The notes under the pieces: generated by a model
Told to the model about the DNA's origin: nothing
Databases searched by the model: none
What the model saw: the letters and a program-made list of their open reading frames with translations, nothing else
Shown here: positions 9,188-18,018 of the stretch, piece by piece
Layout of the letters: every line of letters starts with the position of its first letter
How positions within the stretch are numbered: the first letter of the stretch is position 1
IMG/VR virus record: IMGVR_UViG_3300025121_000038
Coordinates: 16,999-80,998 of that record
DNA: 64,000 bases
Direction: 5' to 3' (one strand)
Source of the DNA: a virus
Program-made: the position numbers and the translations under genes

Positions 9188-10243
9188 TTAATGACAGCCA
9201 GTTTCTTTCATAGTCTTTCTAAACATAGAAACTATGCTTGAACGACATAATATTTTCACATCTTCAGGTAAGCGTTTATCTTTATTGACCCGTTTCAAAG
9301 ACTCGTCTCTACACAAAATAGCAATTCTCTGTCTCATATGATTGTCTTGTATATCCCTTATCGCAGACATACATTCAGACATATACGTAAGACAATGGGT
9401 TACTTTTTTAAATACTGCCTCCTTGTTTTCATCCATTCTATGGATAGCTTCTTTTAGTTCGGAGGTTATTAAAACATGTTCCATAATTTTCATTTTTAAA
9501 ATATCTGGTTAAACTACAAATCATCCTAAGCATTAACCTATGGAACCTTAGCTACCAGGTCAGTAGTCCACTTTTATCCCCACTAAACCATTTGCCTTGA
9601 TGAACCGTATCATGTCCCTTTATTTGGTGACATACAACCTGTTTGTTATCTTTATGTTCTTCACCACAAAGACCCAAACCTTGAGCCATTTTTGAAAAAT
9701 TGGGAGTAGGTAAATAAGGAGTCAAAGGTAAATCAGACTGGAGATATTGGTTCATTAATAAGTCCATGTCTTTAGAGGAAATCATTATTAAATATATCCG
9801 TTTTAGTTGTTAATCAAAATTATGTAACCTTAAACATCAACAACAGTATAACCGTGATCCTCTAAGATGGATGTCAATAAATTTACGTGATAATCAGAAC
9901 CTTGAAATGAGGTATTCACACAAAGGTACGAATGTAATGGCTCTAGAGTCTCTGGTAAGGCTCTAGACAAAATCTCTTGCCTTATGGCTCTAACCTCAGG
10001 ATCCAACTCTTTGAGGTCTGAGATTACTTTTTTATTCCAACATACTCTTTTCATAGCTCACCACTGAACAGAAGAAAAAACTACAACACAGGTACGTAGA
10101 AAATCTTCCCGAGCTTTACGTTCATTTGGGTCATAGCCCCACTCCGTCGCGGCTTTGTCTTTAGCCTCTTCTTCACTAAGAGCTTTTATCATCTTAGCGC
10201 CATCTTCGGTATATTCTGGGTCGTAAACAAAGTAGCAATTCAT
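9188..10243 (-). CDS. four hypothetical proteins (9188-9493, 9552-9785, 9830-10054, 10058-10243)
   Basis: ORF track, co-oriented. Confidence 0.6.
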
Positions 10244-10314
10244 GTCTAAGTTCCTCCTAAGGAGGAAAACGATTTGGTAGGAGAAAGACTTAGAGAGTTT
10301 TTGAAGATATAGAG

Positions 10315-10403
10315 CGGAGACGGAGAGATTCGAACTCTCGGACCTTTTTAGGGGCCACTTCCTTAGCAGGGAAGTACCTTAAACCAGACTCAGACACGTC
10401 TCC
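10315..10403 (-). tRNA. tRNA-Ser(GCU)
   Basis: CTTCC-CTGCTAA-GGAAG, long variable arm, G73; CCA not encoded. Confidence 0.9.
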
Positions 10404-10408
10404 ATAAA

Positions 10409-10497
10409 TGGCGGAGAGTTGGGGAATTGAACCCCAGAACGGGTATTAGCCGCCAGCCGCCTTCCAAGCGGGTTCCTCGACCAACCGGACACTCTCC
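10409..10497 (-). tRNA. tRNA-Ser(GGA)
   Basis: Loop TTGGAAG, long variable arm, G73, CCA. Confidence 0.85.
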
Positions 10498-10577
10498 AAA
10501 AATCAGCAAAATCTAATAATTTAAACAATAGTGTAGCAATAGTTTAAATTATTTGGTCAGGGGCTATCCTGGATTAT

Positions 10578-10610
10578 AGCAGGTGCCATAAGCCGCTCGA
10601 CCACCCTTCT
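10578..10610 (-). pseudogene. orphan 5' half of a class II tRNA
   Basis: AGAAGGG-TG-GTCGAGCGGCTTATGGC-A-CCTGCT with no T arm following. Confidence 0.5.
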
Positions 10611-10615
10611 ATAAA

Positions 10616-10689
10616 TGGAGCTCCTGAGAGGAATCGAACCCCTATCCTCTGAGTACAAAACAGACATTCTACCGTTGAACTACAGGAGC
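10616..10689 (-). tRNA. tRNA-Thr(UGU)
   Basis: Loop TTTGTAC; CCA. Confidence 0.9.
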
Positions 10690-10691
10690 AT

Positions 10692-10765
10692 TGGAGCGGG
10701 TAGAGAGAATCGAACTCTCAATTGTAACTTGGAAGGATACCGTGTTACCTTTACACTACACCCGC
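10692..10765 (-). tRNA. tRNA-Gly(UCC)
   Basis: Loop CTTCCAA, U73, CCA. Confidence 0.9.
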
Positions 10766-10849
10766 AATCGATTCGAACCCCGACCAAACATCAAAATTTA
10801 ATCTTTTTATACTTCTCTTGATTAGACTAAATAATTGACGAGAAGTTAA

Positions 10850-11590
10850 ATGCACATAACAAAAAATTTTTCTGAAGAAGGATTTGTTAAAAATATTAAA
10901 TGTTCTGACTCGGACTTCATAATTGCTGTAAATAAAACCATAAGTATCGCAGAATTACTAAGATACTTAAACATACCTCAACATAGGGGCAGGCATTATG
11001 AGTCTGTTAAATTTAAAATAAAACAATTAAAATTAGACACATCTCATTGGGGTCCTTATGTTAAACGTAATGGTCATAAAAGAAAAGATTTAAAAGACAT
11101 TCTTACAATAGGCACTTCCATATGTCATTTAAAAAGATTATTAGATGAAAATGTCTTAAAAAATGAATGTTATGAGTGTGGCCTAATACCCTATTGGAAA
11201 GAAAAACCTCTTAAATTACAAATTGACCATATCAATGGTATAAATACAGACAATAGACTTGAAAATCTAAGACTATTGTGTCCCAATTGTCACTCTCAAA
11301 CAGACACGTTTTGTGGTAGAAATGTAACAAAACGACATAAAAAGCCAACTTGCATAGATTGCAATACACAAATAAGCAGGAAATCTTTAAGGTGTACTAT
11401 TTGTCAAGCAAAAATTAATAAAGTTACTACAAAAATTACATGGCCAGAAACAAGAGATCTTATAAAGATGATAGAAAATAGTTCTGTATTGGCCACTTCA
11501 AGAAATTTAAAGTGTTCTGATGCAGCCGTATATAAACACTTAGAATCAAGAGGGTTTGTAGTAAAAAACAAAAAAGTTTATAAAGACTGA
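10850..11590 (+). CDS. HNH endonuclease with C-terminal HTH
   Basis: LQIDHINGINTDNRLENLRLLCPNCHSQT. Confidence 0.92.
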   Translation: MHITKNFSEEGFVKNIKCSDSDFIIAVNKTISIAELLRYLNIPQHRGRHYESVKFKIKQLKLDTSHWGPYVKRNGHKRKDLKDILTIGTSICHLKRLLDENVLKNECYECGLIPYWKEKPLKLQIDHINGINTDNRLENLRLLCPNCHSQTDTFCGRNVTKRHKKPTCIDCNTQISRKSLRCTICQAKINKVTTKITWPETRDLIKMIENSSVLATSRNLKCSDAAVYKHLESRGFVVKNKKVYKD

Positions 11591-11615
11591 CACACTACCA
11601 TTGTGTTATACCCGC
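11583..11615 (-). pseudogene. 5' half of tRNA-Gly
   Basis: GCGGGTA-TA-ACAC-AATGGTA-GTGT-G-TCAGT-CTT, then HNH sequence. Confidence 0.85.
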
Positions 11616-11746
11616 ATAAATTTTATCAGAGCGTAGGTCGAATTCCACTCCACCGTGTCCAGGTCTTTACCCTATTGGACCCTGTCTGCGAATGCCCGGT
11701 TCGACTCACGCATCCACCTTCACAGATTACGGTATGATAAAATTGT

Positions 11747-11820
11747 TGGCGGTCCCAAGGGGAATCGAACCCCTACAGTCTCGTAGACAGCGAGACATAC
11801 TGCCGTTATATTATGGAACC
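11747..11820 (-). tRNA. tRNA-Asp(GUC)
   Basis: Loop CTGTCTA, G73, CCA. Confidence 0.88.
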
Positions 11821-11824
11821 AAAT

Positions 11825-12269
11825 GCTACTTAAGCGTGCTTTTACGCCAAAGACCTCAAAGGGTTGATTAGGAAGTCCCAGAAATACCCCTATCCTATTA
11901 CCTGTATTTCTAGTCAGACCCTCAGTTCCTCTGGTACTGTGAGGGCAATTCCTAACCCGCTACTGCTATGTTTTACAGATCTTTACCTTACGAGGGGAAC
12001 TTCAGCTATTGCTAACTTACTAAACCTCCGACAAAGATCCATAACCCATCATTCACACGCCCATTCGTAGTTTAATCTTACATATTCCGGAGCACATAGA
12101 GTATATGTTAAGGTCTTAAACCTTCAAACCTCTATGAGGGTCTCCCCGCTTATTAATTCGGATCAACAACCAAGTAAGATATCTTGATTTCGGATGCGCT
12201 TTCCTACTTTCTTCTACATTTCGGTCACTCATTAAGGGTGGACGCTTCTAATCCTACCTCTTAAGTAGC
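11825..12269 (-). ncRNA. candidate large structured ncRNA (~445 nt)
   Basis: Closing stem GCTACTTAAG/CTTAAGTAGC; fills the gap between two tRNA-Asp genes; many internal stems. Confidence 0.6.
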
Positions 12270-12343
12270 TGGCGGTCCCGAAGGGAGTCGAACCCTCAAA
12301 TCTTGATAGACAATCAAGCATTTTACCGTTAAATTACGGGACC
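12270..12343 (-). tRNA. tRNA-Asp(GUC)
   Basis: CTTGA-TTGTCTA-TCAAG; CCA. Confidence 0.9.
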
Positions 12344-12491
12344 GTTACCTGTGTAATATGCTCCTCAGGCCGGAGTTTTAAGGTTTAGATAGAGCTCCAA
12401 AGCTCTAGTTTCTTAACAGATTGAAGGTTTGGAGTCCCTCGTGTGTTAATTGACTAAAGGATCTGTCCTTGCGGTACAGTACCCTATCTAA

Positions 12492-12566
12492 TGGTGGTCT
12501 CGGAGAGGATCGAACTCTCTTCTCCAGGTTGAAAGCCAAGCGTCTTAGCCAATGGACCACGAGACC
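12492..12566 (-). tRNA. tRNA-Glu(UUC)
   Basis: Loop CTTTCAA; CCA. Confidence 0.9.
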
Positions 12567-12775
12567 AAAATTGTAAACTCACAAACAGATAATCGCATTC
12601 CCAAATGCGCGCTCTTGTAATGTAAAGAGGGGTCTTGTTCTCTTTACTTTTCGTTTACTCACTTATAACGTTCTTAAGTTGCACAAAGTTAGATGTTATT
12701 TTAAAATAAAGCGGAACAGGTGGTGCGACCCACACTCGGATCCTAGTTCACTTCGCGCTAGCTGTGACTGTCCGC

Positions 12776-12850
12776 TGGCTGGGGTAATAGGATTCGAACC
12801 TATAATAAGAGATTCAGAGTCTCCTGGTTTGCCAATTAGCCTATACCCCA
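12776..12850 (-). tRNA. tRNA-Gln(CUG)
   Basis: TGGGGTA/TACCCCA, loop CTCTGAA; CCA. Confidence 0.92.
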
Positions 12851-12856
12851 ATTATC

Positions 12857-13264
12857 TTATGCTATAAGATGTTTACGCATCTTATCATATTCAAGGTTTA
12901 GATACTCTATGTGTTTCTTTAGTCTTTCACAATTTTCCTCTACTAAAGAATTATAATGTCTTACACATTCTTCTTTATTGTCAAATATACATATAAATTC
13001 TGGAAATCTAGTATTATCCCACATGGGAATCTTCTTTCCAGATTTAGTTTTAATCTCTTTCAAATTTGGTTGATAAATTTGCGGCACGACAAGACATGTT
13101 ACTTCTGTAGGTTTTACATGTCTTGTCGGAGTATATTTACGTACATCAGAAAATCTATAATCACATACCCAATATGTCATACCTTCTTGAAGGGTAGTGT
13201 CTGATAAAATTTTCAAAATAATTCCTATAAATGTTGGATGGGGAGGAAGGATTTGAACCTTCAA
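12857..13264 (-). CDS. hypothetical protein (true start probably downstream of the tRNA fragment)
   Basis: ORF track. Confidence 0.6.
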   Translation of the reverse strand: MKVQILPPHPTFIGIILKILSDTTLQEGMTYWVCDYRFSDVRKYTPTRHVKPTEVTCLVVPQIYQPNLKEIKTKSGKKIPMWDNTRFPEFICIFDNKEECVRHYNSLVEENCERLKKHIEYLNLEYDKMRKHLIA

Positions 13265-13272
13265 CCTCTTGG
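13235..13272 (-). pseudogene. 3' half of split tRNA (Gln-type)
   Basis: GAAGG-TTCAAAT-CCTTC-CTCCCCA-T-CCA; pairs with TGGGGAG at 14098-14104. Confidence 0.8.
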
Positions 13273-13300
13273 TGCTGAGTCTGATGTAGTGCCACTTCTG

Positions 13301-13978
13301 CTATAATTTAAACAGATGTTTTCTTATAGCCGCCTCAGAAACCCCTAATCTTTTGGCAACCGTAGTTCTATTTGTTAATTTTATTTCTTCCAATAAATCT
13401 ATATCAGATGGCCAAATTATTTTCTTTTTCTTAGGGAGACTGTTAAAACACTTTTTGCATGTTGAAGCATTCAACGTTATTGTCTTTTGACAATGTGGAC
13501 ACTTATTACCAACAAAATCTGTCTTTTTCTTATTACGACCAGCAAAAGTAGGAGTTTGACTATGACAATTTGGACACAACAATCTTAAATTTTCTAACCT
13601 ATTGTCGGTATTAACCCCATTGATATGGTCAAGATGTAAAACCAAGGGTTCACCTTGCCAGATTGAACTTACCCCGCATTTCTCACACTTCTCTTGTATT
13701 ATATTATCTCGTATCAATTTTGTTTTCAAATCACGAGGTCTAAAGTTGGAATTGTCCCGTAATGGTTCTAATTTTAGACTTTTTCTATCATTAGGTTTCT
13801 TCAAGTCTGAAAGAGACAGGTTTTCTTCAGCCATTCTATTTTTTAATGTCTGACAATTTCCACCGGCTTGTTGCAGACCATAATGTGCTAGAATTTCAGT
13901 TAAAGTCTCACAACTTAAAACAATGTTTTTAAAATTCTCAGAAGAATCTTTCCAAATTGGACTTCGTCGTTTATTCAT
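13301..13978 (-). CDS. HNH endonuclease with C-terminal HTH
   Basis: LHLDHINGVNTDNRLENLRLLCPNCHSQT; LGVSEAAIRK. Confidence 0.92.
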   Translation of the reverse strand: MNKRRSPIWKDSSENFKNIVLSCETLTEILAHYGLQQAGGNCQTLKNRMAEENLSLSDLKKPNDRKSLKLEPLRDNSNFRPRDLKTKLIRDNIIQEKCEKCGVSSIWQGEPLVLHLDHINGVNTDNRLENLRLLCPNCHSQTPTFAGRNKKKTDFVGNKCPHCQKTITLNASTCKKCFNSLPKKKKIIWPSDIDLLEEIKLTNRTTVAKRLGVSEAAIRKHLFKL

Positions 13979-14058
13979 TGGCAGACGTGGTAGGATTCGA
14001 ACCTACATAAATGACCTGGGTTCAAAGCCCAGCGCAACGCCAATTTTGCTACACGTCT
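13979..14058 (-). tRNA. tRNA-Gln(UUG)
   Basis: CTGGG-CTTTGAA-CCCAG; CCA directly followed by the HNH ATG. Confidence 0.88.
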
Positions 14059-14089
14059 AAAACCTTTTAAAATTACTTCAAACCTGAAA

Positions 14090-14104
14090 TTGTGCTACTC
14101 CCCA
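14090..14104 (-). pseudogene. 5' stub of split tRNA
   Basis: TGGGGAG-TA-GCAC-AA. Confidence 0.6.
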
Positions 14105-14171
14105 ATTATGTTGAGGTCACCTAATTTTCATGTTTGATACACCTCAAGGTCTCAAACACTAGATGGTTTCG

Positions 14172-14225
14172 TTATCCATCTCCATATTTGCCTTCATGTT
14201 CTCCAAAACACATCTCACATATCAT
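14172..14225 (-). pseudogene. N-terminal remnant of a zinc-finger endonuclease gene
   Basis: MICEMCFGEHEGKYGDG*; resembles the CExCxxEHxGxYG start of phage HNH proteins (from memory). Confidence 0.5.
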
Positions 14226-14253
14226 TTTTTACCTTTAATTTCTTCCAAATCTT

Positions 14254-14340
14254 TAGTGGCTGTGGAGAGACTCGAACTCTCACATCCTTTCGGACCCTGG
14301 TTCTGAGCCAGGTGCGTCATACCAATTGCGCTACACAGCC
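14254..14340 (-). tRNA. tRNA-Leu(CAG), long variable arm
   Basis: CCTGG-CTCAGAA-CCAGG; ends A-CTA. Confidence 0.9.
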
Positions 14341-14343
14341 AAA

Positions 14344-14370
14344 TTGCCTCTACCGTTGGGCTACACCGGC
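14344..14370 (-). pseudogene. orphan 5' half of a tRNA (Leu-type D arm)
   Basis: GCCGGTG-TA-GCCCAACGGTAGAGGC-A, abutting the intact tRNA-Leu. Confidence 0.8.
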
Positions 14371-14571
14371 ATTTTTCAAAATAACAAATTACAAATGGTT
14401 TGAAACACTAACAAAGCCATCAAATCATAAGTAACAACGTTAACAAAGACTCCATTCAAAAGTAGGTTCTCAAATGCTTCTTTTATTTTGGTCGTTTCGT
14501 TATATAACCTTAGTTTAAGGGTTCAAGTTGATAACGAAATCTGTTTCAAGTATCTAAGATATAAAGTTTAT

Positions 14572-14648
14572 TGGTCGGAACGGCGGGATTTGAACCCACG
14601 ACCCCTACCACCCCAAGGTAGTGCTCTACCAAGCTGAGCCACGTTCCG
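14572..14648 (-). tRNA. tRNA-Pro(GGG)
   Basis: CTACC-TTGGGGT-GGTAG; CCA. Confidence 0.93.
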
Positions 14649-14724
14649 TGGTCTAGGTGACTGGATTCGAACCAGCGTGAACCTGCTTCCAACGCAGGTA
14701 GGTCAACCACTGCCTTACACCTAG
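14649..14724 (-). tRNA. tRNA-Pro(UGG)
   Basis: CCTGC-GTTGGAA-GCAGG; CCA. Confidence 0.88.
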
Positions 14725-14727
14725 ATA

Positions 14728-14931
14728 CTAATCTGTAACAGTCGAATCAATCTCGATGCGGTAATCTCCGCCGTCATAAAGATCATAGCCGAAACATTGA
14801 AACTGCTTATAATCGATATCAAGGCTAACCTTGGAGAGATCTACATCATCCCCGTACTTGGCCTTAATTGCGTCAATAAGGTCCTGAGCGGTAACCTGGA
14901 TCGAACTGCCACACATCAAAAGAGCATCCAT
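14728..14931 (-). CDS. hypothetical protein
   Basis: ORF track; AGGA upstream. Confidence 0.65.
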   Translation of the reverse strand: MDALLMCGSSIQVTAQDLIDAIKAKYGDDVDLSKVSLDIDYKQFQCFGYDLYDGGDYRIEIDSTVTD

Positions 14932-15014
14932 GATAAAGTTCCTTTTTGGTTTTAAGGTTTGTTTATCGTAAACGTTCTTTCCTACAAAGAAATCAGATAA
15001 GTTCTGAAATAAAT

Positions 15015-15088
15015 TGGAGCGGATGGAGAGAATCGAACTCTCACCTTCTGCATGGCAAGCAGATACACTACCATTGTGTTACACCCGC
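15015..15088 (-). tRNA. tRNA-Gly(GCC)
   Basis: TCTGC-TTGCCAT-GCAGA; CCA. Confidence 0.92.
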
Positions 15089-15162
15089 AAATGTGAGATG
15101 GTTACAACCAACGGCAGTGAGCTGTAGCAACGACGGGCCTACTAATTATCCGTCTCATCTCA

Positions 15163-15237
15163 TGGTCAGGGTGGCTGGGATCGAACCAGCGACCGCCTGC
15201 TTCCAAGGCAGGAAAGCTACCACTGCTCTACACCCTG
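15163..15237 (-). tRNA. tRNA-Pro(UGG)
   Basis: CCTGC-CTTGGAA-GCAGG; CCA. Confidence 0.92.
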
Positions 15238-15240
15238 ATT

Positions 15241-15426
15241 GCGGACACCGTGAAAACGATGTCTGAACTCCTTGTACACATGGTACATGAGCTAAAGCTT
15301 ATTATCAATCACTAATAGAAGCCATCTGTCAAGGTTTTCACAATTGAATAGATTTAGATCCTATTAGCTGAGCTAGTTGCATCCCTTATGTCCCTTAATG
15401 GGACTCTGGTTAGCAAATAATAAGCT
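15241..15426 (-). ncRNA. candidate pseudoknotted ncRNA
   Basis: AGCTTATTAT/ATAATAAGCT stem; loop GTTTTCAC complementary to upstream GTGAAAAC. Confidence 0.5.
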
Positions 15427-15427
15427 A

Positions 15428-15514
15428 TGGTAGCTGTGGTCGGATTCGAACCGACACGTCCATTACAGACACGGATTTTGAGTCCGCTTCGTCATGCCAA
15501 TTGCGTACACAGCC
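15428..15514 (-). tRNA. tRNA-Leu(CAA), long variable arm
   Basis: GCGGA-CTCAAAA-TCCGT; CCA. Confidence 0.88.
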
Positions 15515-15712
15515 ACAAAATTAATTGTCGAGTTTACCTTTACATCAAATCCGGTGCCACCGTAGGTTTCCCGGTTTGGTACTGGAACCACAAGAGGATT
15601 GGTTACCCCTACTTTTTCGGCTTAGTGCCTATGCCTCTAGTTGGGCTATGTGGTTTAAAATGAGGTGCAAGTTGTTAACATTTTATTCTGTCCATACACC
15701 TGTGTTTTAATA

Positions 15713-15792
15713 TGGTGGAGCACCTGGGATTTGAACCCAGCTAAATATCCGAATTGCAAGTCCGGCGACCACCCCTAGCAGTCTCGTGCCCC
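15713..15792 (-). tRNA. tRNA-Ala(UGC)
   Basis: G3:U70; loop CTTGCAA; CCA. Confidence 0.88.
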
Positions 15793-15814
15793 ATAAATAT
15801 GTTTCTACCAAAAC

Positions 15815-15891
15815 TGGTGGCCGTGAGAAGATTTGAACTTCCACTGAACAGGCTCTCAACCTGCTTCCTCTGCCAGTTGGGATACACGGCC
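15815..15891 (-). tRNA. tRNA-Leu(GAG), short variable loop
   Basis: GCAGG-TTGAGAG-CCTGT; 5-nt variable loop; CCA. Confidence 0.85.
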
Positions 15892-15946
15892 AATTTGAGT
15901 GTGATGTTCACACTCGTTTCTATATTCAATTGTCAAAGATCTAATG

Positions 15947-15967
15947 GGGTGCTATGAGAGAGTTGAA
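15947..15967. repeat. 21-bp direct repeat (second copy 16652-16672), the displaced tRNA-His 3' end
   Basis: GGGTGCTATGAGAGAGTTGAA identical at both sites; this copy carries the CCA. Confidence 0.9.
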
Positions 15968-15998
15968 AACTAATTTTCTCTTTATAACTTACCCATTT

Positions 15999-16712
15999 AT
16001 GATAAAAAAATTTACATATGACCAATATAACCAAGCTAAAAGTCTAGATAATCTATTACTAGAATGTCTATTTTGTAAACAAGATTTTCTATGTACAAAA
16101 CGAAATATTAAGCATGCATTACTCAACTCAACAAAAGACAAACGAAAATTCTGTACATTAAAATGTAGCAAAGAATATTTAAAGTCACTAAACTTCATTA
16201 TTTGTTCTTATTGTAACAATAAATCACATAGACAAAAAGCTCTTATAAATGTTGGCAATAATTTTTGTACTCAATCATGTGCGGCAAAATACAATAATGC
16301 ACATAAAACAAAAGGTACTAGAAGATCCAAACTTGAACAATGGTTAGAAATAAAATTACTTGAACTTTATCCAGACTTAGAATTTCACTTCAATAAAACA
16401 GATGCTATAAATGCTGAGCTTGACATATACATACCAAGTCTTAAACTGGCTTTTGAGCTAAATGGTATCTTTCATTATGAACCAATCTATGGTCAAGATA
16501 AATTAGATAAAATTCAATCTAATGATCACAGAAAATTTCAAGCATGTATAGAACATGACATATCCCTTTGTATTATTGATACATCAAATCAACTTTATTT
16601 CAAAGAACAAACATCTAAAAAATATTTAGACATTATAACTAATATAATTGAGGGTGCTATGAGAGAGTTGAACTCTCGTATTCGGATCCACAAACCGACG
16701 TTCTACCGTTGA
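15999..16712 (+). CDS. zinc-finger PD-(D/E)XK (Vsr-like) endonuclease
   Basis: FCxxxC repeats; ELDIYIPSLKLAFELNGIFHY; frame is open from 15954. Confidence 0.85.
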   Translation: MIKKFTYDQYNQAKSLDNLLLECLFCKQDFLCTKRNIKHALLNSTKDKRKFCTLKCSKEYLKSLNFIICSYCNNKSHRQKALINVGNNFCTQSCAAKYNNAHKTKGTRRSKLEQWLEIKLLELYPDLEFHFNKTDAINAELDIYIPSLKLAFELNGIFHYEPIYGQDKLDKIQSNDHRKFQACIEHDISLCIIDTSNQLYFKEQTSKKYLDIITNIIEGAMRELNSRIRIHKPTFYR

Positions 16713-16724
16713 ACTAATAACACC
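16652..16724 (-). tRNA. tRNA-His(GUG)
   Basis: G-1:C73, loop TTGTGGA; CCA not encoded; overlaps the endonuclease 3' end. Confidence 0.88.
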
Positions 16725-16948
16725 ATAATTTAGAACTGATATTAACAATTACCTTGAGTTGTTAATACCTATAGCAGAGTCTAGAACTTAAGATCTGCCT
16801 CGTAGTGTTCACACCATACCATTTTTATTGGTAGAGAGGTGTCGTCCACATCTCTTTTCAGAAATGCACTCCCCTAAGTATAGGATGCAGAGTGTCAAGG
16901 GTTTCGCATCCTTAGTGTTGAAGTCAGTAGTTCCGTACCGTATCAACT

Positions 16949-17024
16949 TGGTGCCCCTCCCCGAATTCGAATCGGGACTTTACAGATTTTAAGTCTGTTG
17001 CCTCTGCCGTTGGGCTAGAAGGGC
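16949..17024 (-). tRNA. tRNA-Leu(UAA), short variable loop
   Basis: ACAGA-CTTAAAA-TCTGT; CCA. Confidence 0.87.
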
Positions 17025-17101
17025 ATATTGTCTTGCTTACTCATTATACAACATACAGGCTTATAAGTGCGAATGGTCTATAAACTTATTCAGCCTATTT
17101 T

Positions 17102-17130
17102 TGGTGGTCCTGGAGAGTATCGATCTCTCG
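17102..17130 (-). pseudogene. orphan tRNA 3' end (Glu-type T loop)
   Basis: GAGAG-ATCGATA-CTCTC-CAGGACC-A-CCA directly after the endonuclease stop. Confidence 0.8.
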
Positions 17131-17820
17131 CTACTGATAATGTATCCATTTATATATCTTCTTAGACTTTATAAGAGTCACAGTACTTCTAGACACTCCG
17201 TATTCAAAAGCTAATTCTTTATGTAATTTATCAGTATGATATATCTCTAATGCTTGTTCTTTCGTTAATTTTAAAGGTTTGCCATCTAGACCATGAGTCC
17301 AAACATCCCCTTTTTCTGACATAATTCTATTCGTATTATACAATCCAAAACAAGACTTTGAACAAAAAGGTAGTACATTATATTTGACATCTCTAGAAAA
17401 AATCTTTTGACAATATGTACATTTAAACTCATGTTTAGGTTTAAAATTATCATATAAAATGTGATAATTTTTTGTTCCAAATTTATTCTTTACATAATCG
17501 AAAGCGAACTGTAAATCTTTTTCACGCAAAACTATTACTGTAAAACCATGATGTTCTGCTACTTTAGTTTTTGCTTCTACCTTCGAAGGAAGTTCATACC
17601 CTTTTATTTCTATTATGGTTTTATAGTCATCAAGTAAAAAATCAGGGACATACTTCAACCCATTATTTTCTAATATGCCAGAAAATCTTGTAAAGTTAAT
17701 ATTATGGTCTAAAGCATATACTACCCAACATAATTCATATGTTGACCCACAATAAATACCTTTATAATAACCATGTTTTGATCTTCCAGATCCTTTTCTA
17801 TACCCACCAATTTGTTTCAT
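17131..17820 (-). CDS. PD-(D/E)XK homing-type endonuclease with C-terminal HTH
   Basis: STYE...YVPDF...IEIKG; LAFEYGVSRSTV. Confidence 0.85.
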   Translation of the reverse strand: MKQIGGYRKGSGRSKHGYYKGIYCGSTYELCWVVYALDHNINFTRFSGILENNGLKYVPDFLLDDYKTIIEIKGYELPSKVEAKTKVAEHHGFTVIVLREKDLQFAFDYVKNKFGTKNYHILYDNFKPKHEFKCTYCQKIFSRDVKYNVLPFCSKSCFGLYNTNRIMSEKGDVWTHGLDGKPLKLTKEQALEIYHTDKLHKELAFEYGVSRSTVTLIKSKKIYKWIHYQ

Positions 17821-17894
17821 TGGTGCTCTCGGAGGGTGTCGATCCCTCGTTACCAGATTGAAAGCCTAGCGTTCTACTGTTGAACTACGAGAGA
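17821..17894 (-). tRNA. tRNA-Glu(UUC)
   Basis: CTAGG-CTTTCAA-TCTGG; U1:C72 mismatch; CCA directly followed by ATG. Confidence 0.82.
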
Positions 17895-17909
17895 AAACTT
17901 TCAAAAAAC

Positions 17910-18014
17910 TAGTGAGTACGGGAGGAATCGAACCTCATTGCACCCTTGCCATCTGTAGGAATCGAACCTACAATTACAGACGTCTCTGTAGTCACCTGAC
18001 TTTCATACTCACTA
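17910..18014 (-). ncRNA. tRNA-like RNA with two T arms
   Basis: 11-bp closing stem; GTAGG-TTCGATT-CCTAC and GAGG-TTCGATT-CCTC. Confidence 0.6.
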
Positions 18015-18018
18015 AAAA

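Noticed and set aside
11619-11744. Theta/HDV-like ribozyme 3' of tRNA-Asp
   Set aside because: Structured, but I could not map the nested double pseudoknot.
14946-15957. Short ORFs overlapping tRNA genes (also 7080, 10615, 51735, 61899)
   Set aside because: They translate tRNA sequence (GFEP, GIEP).
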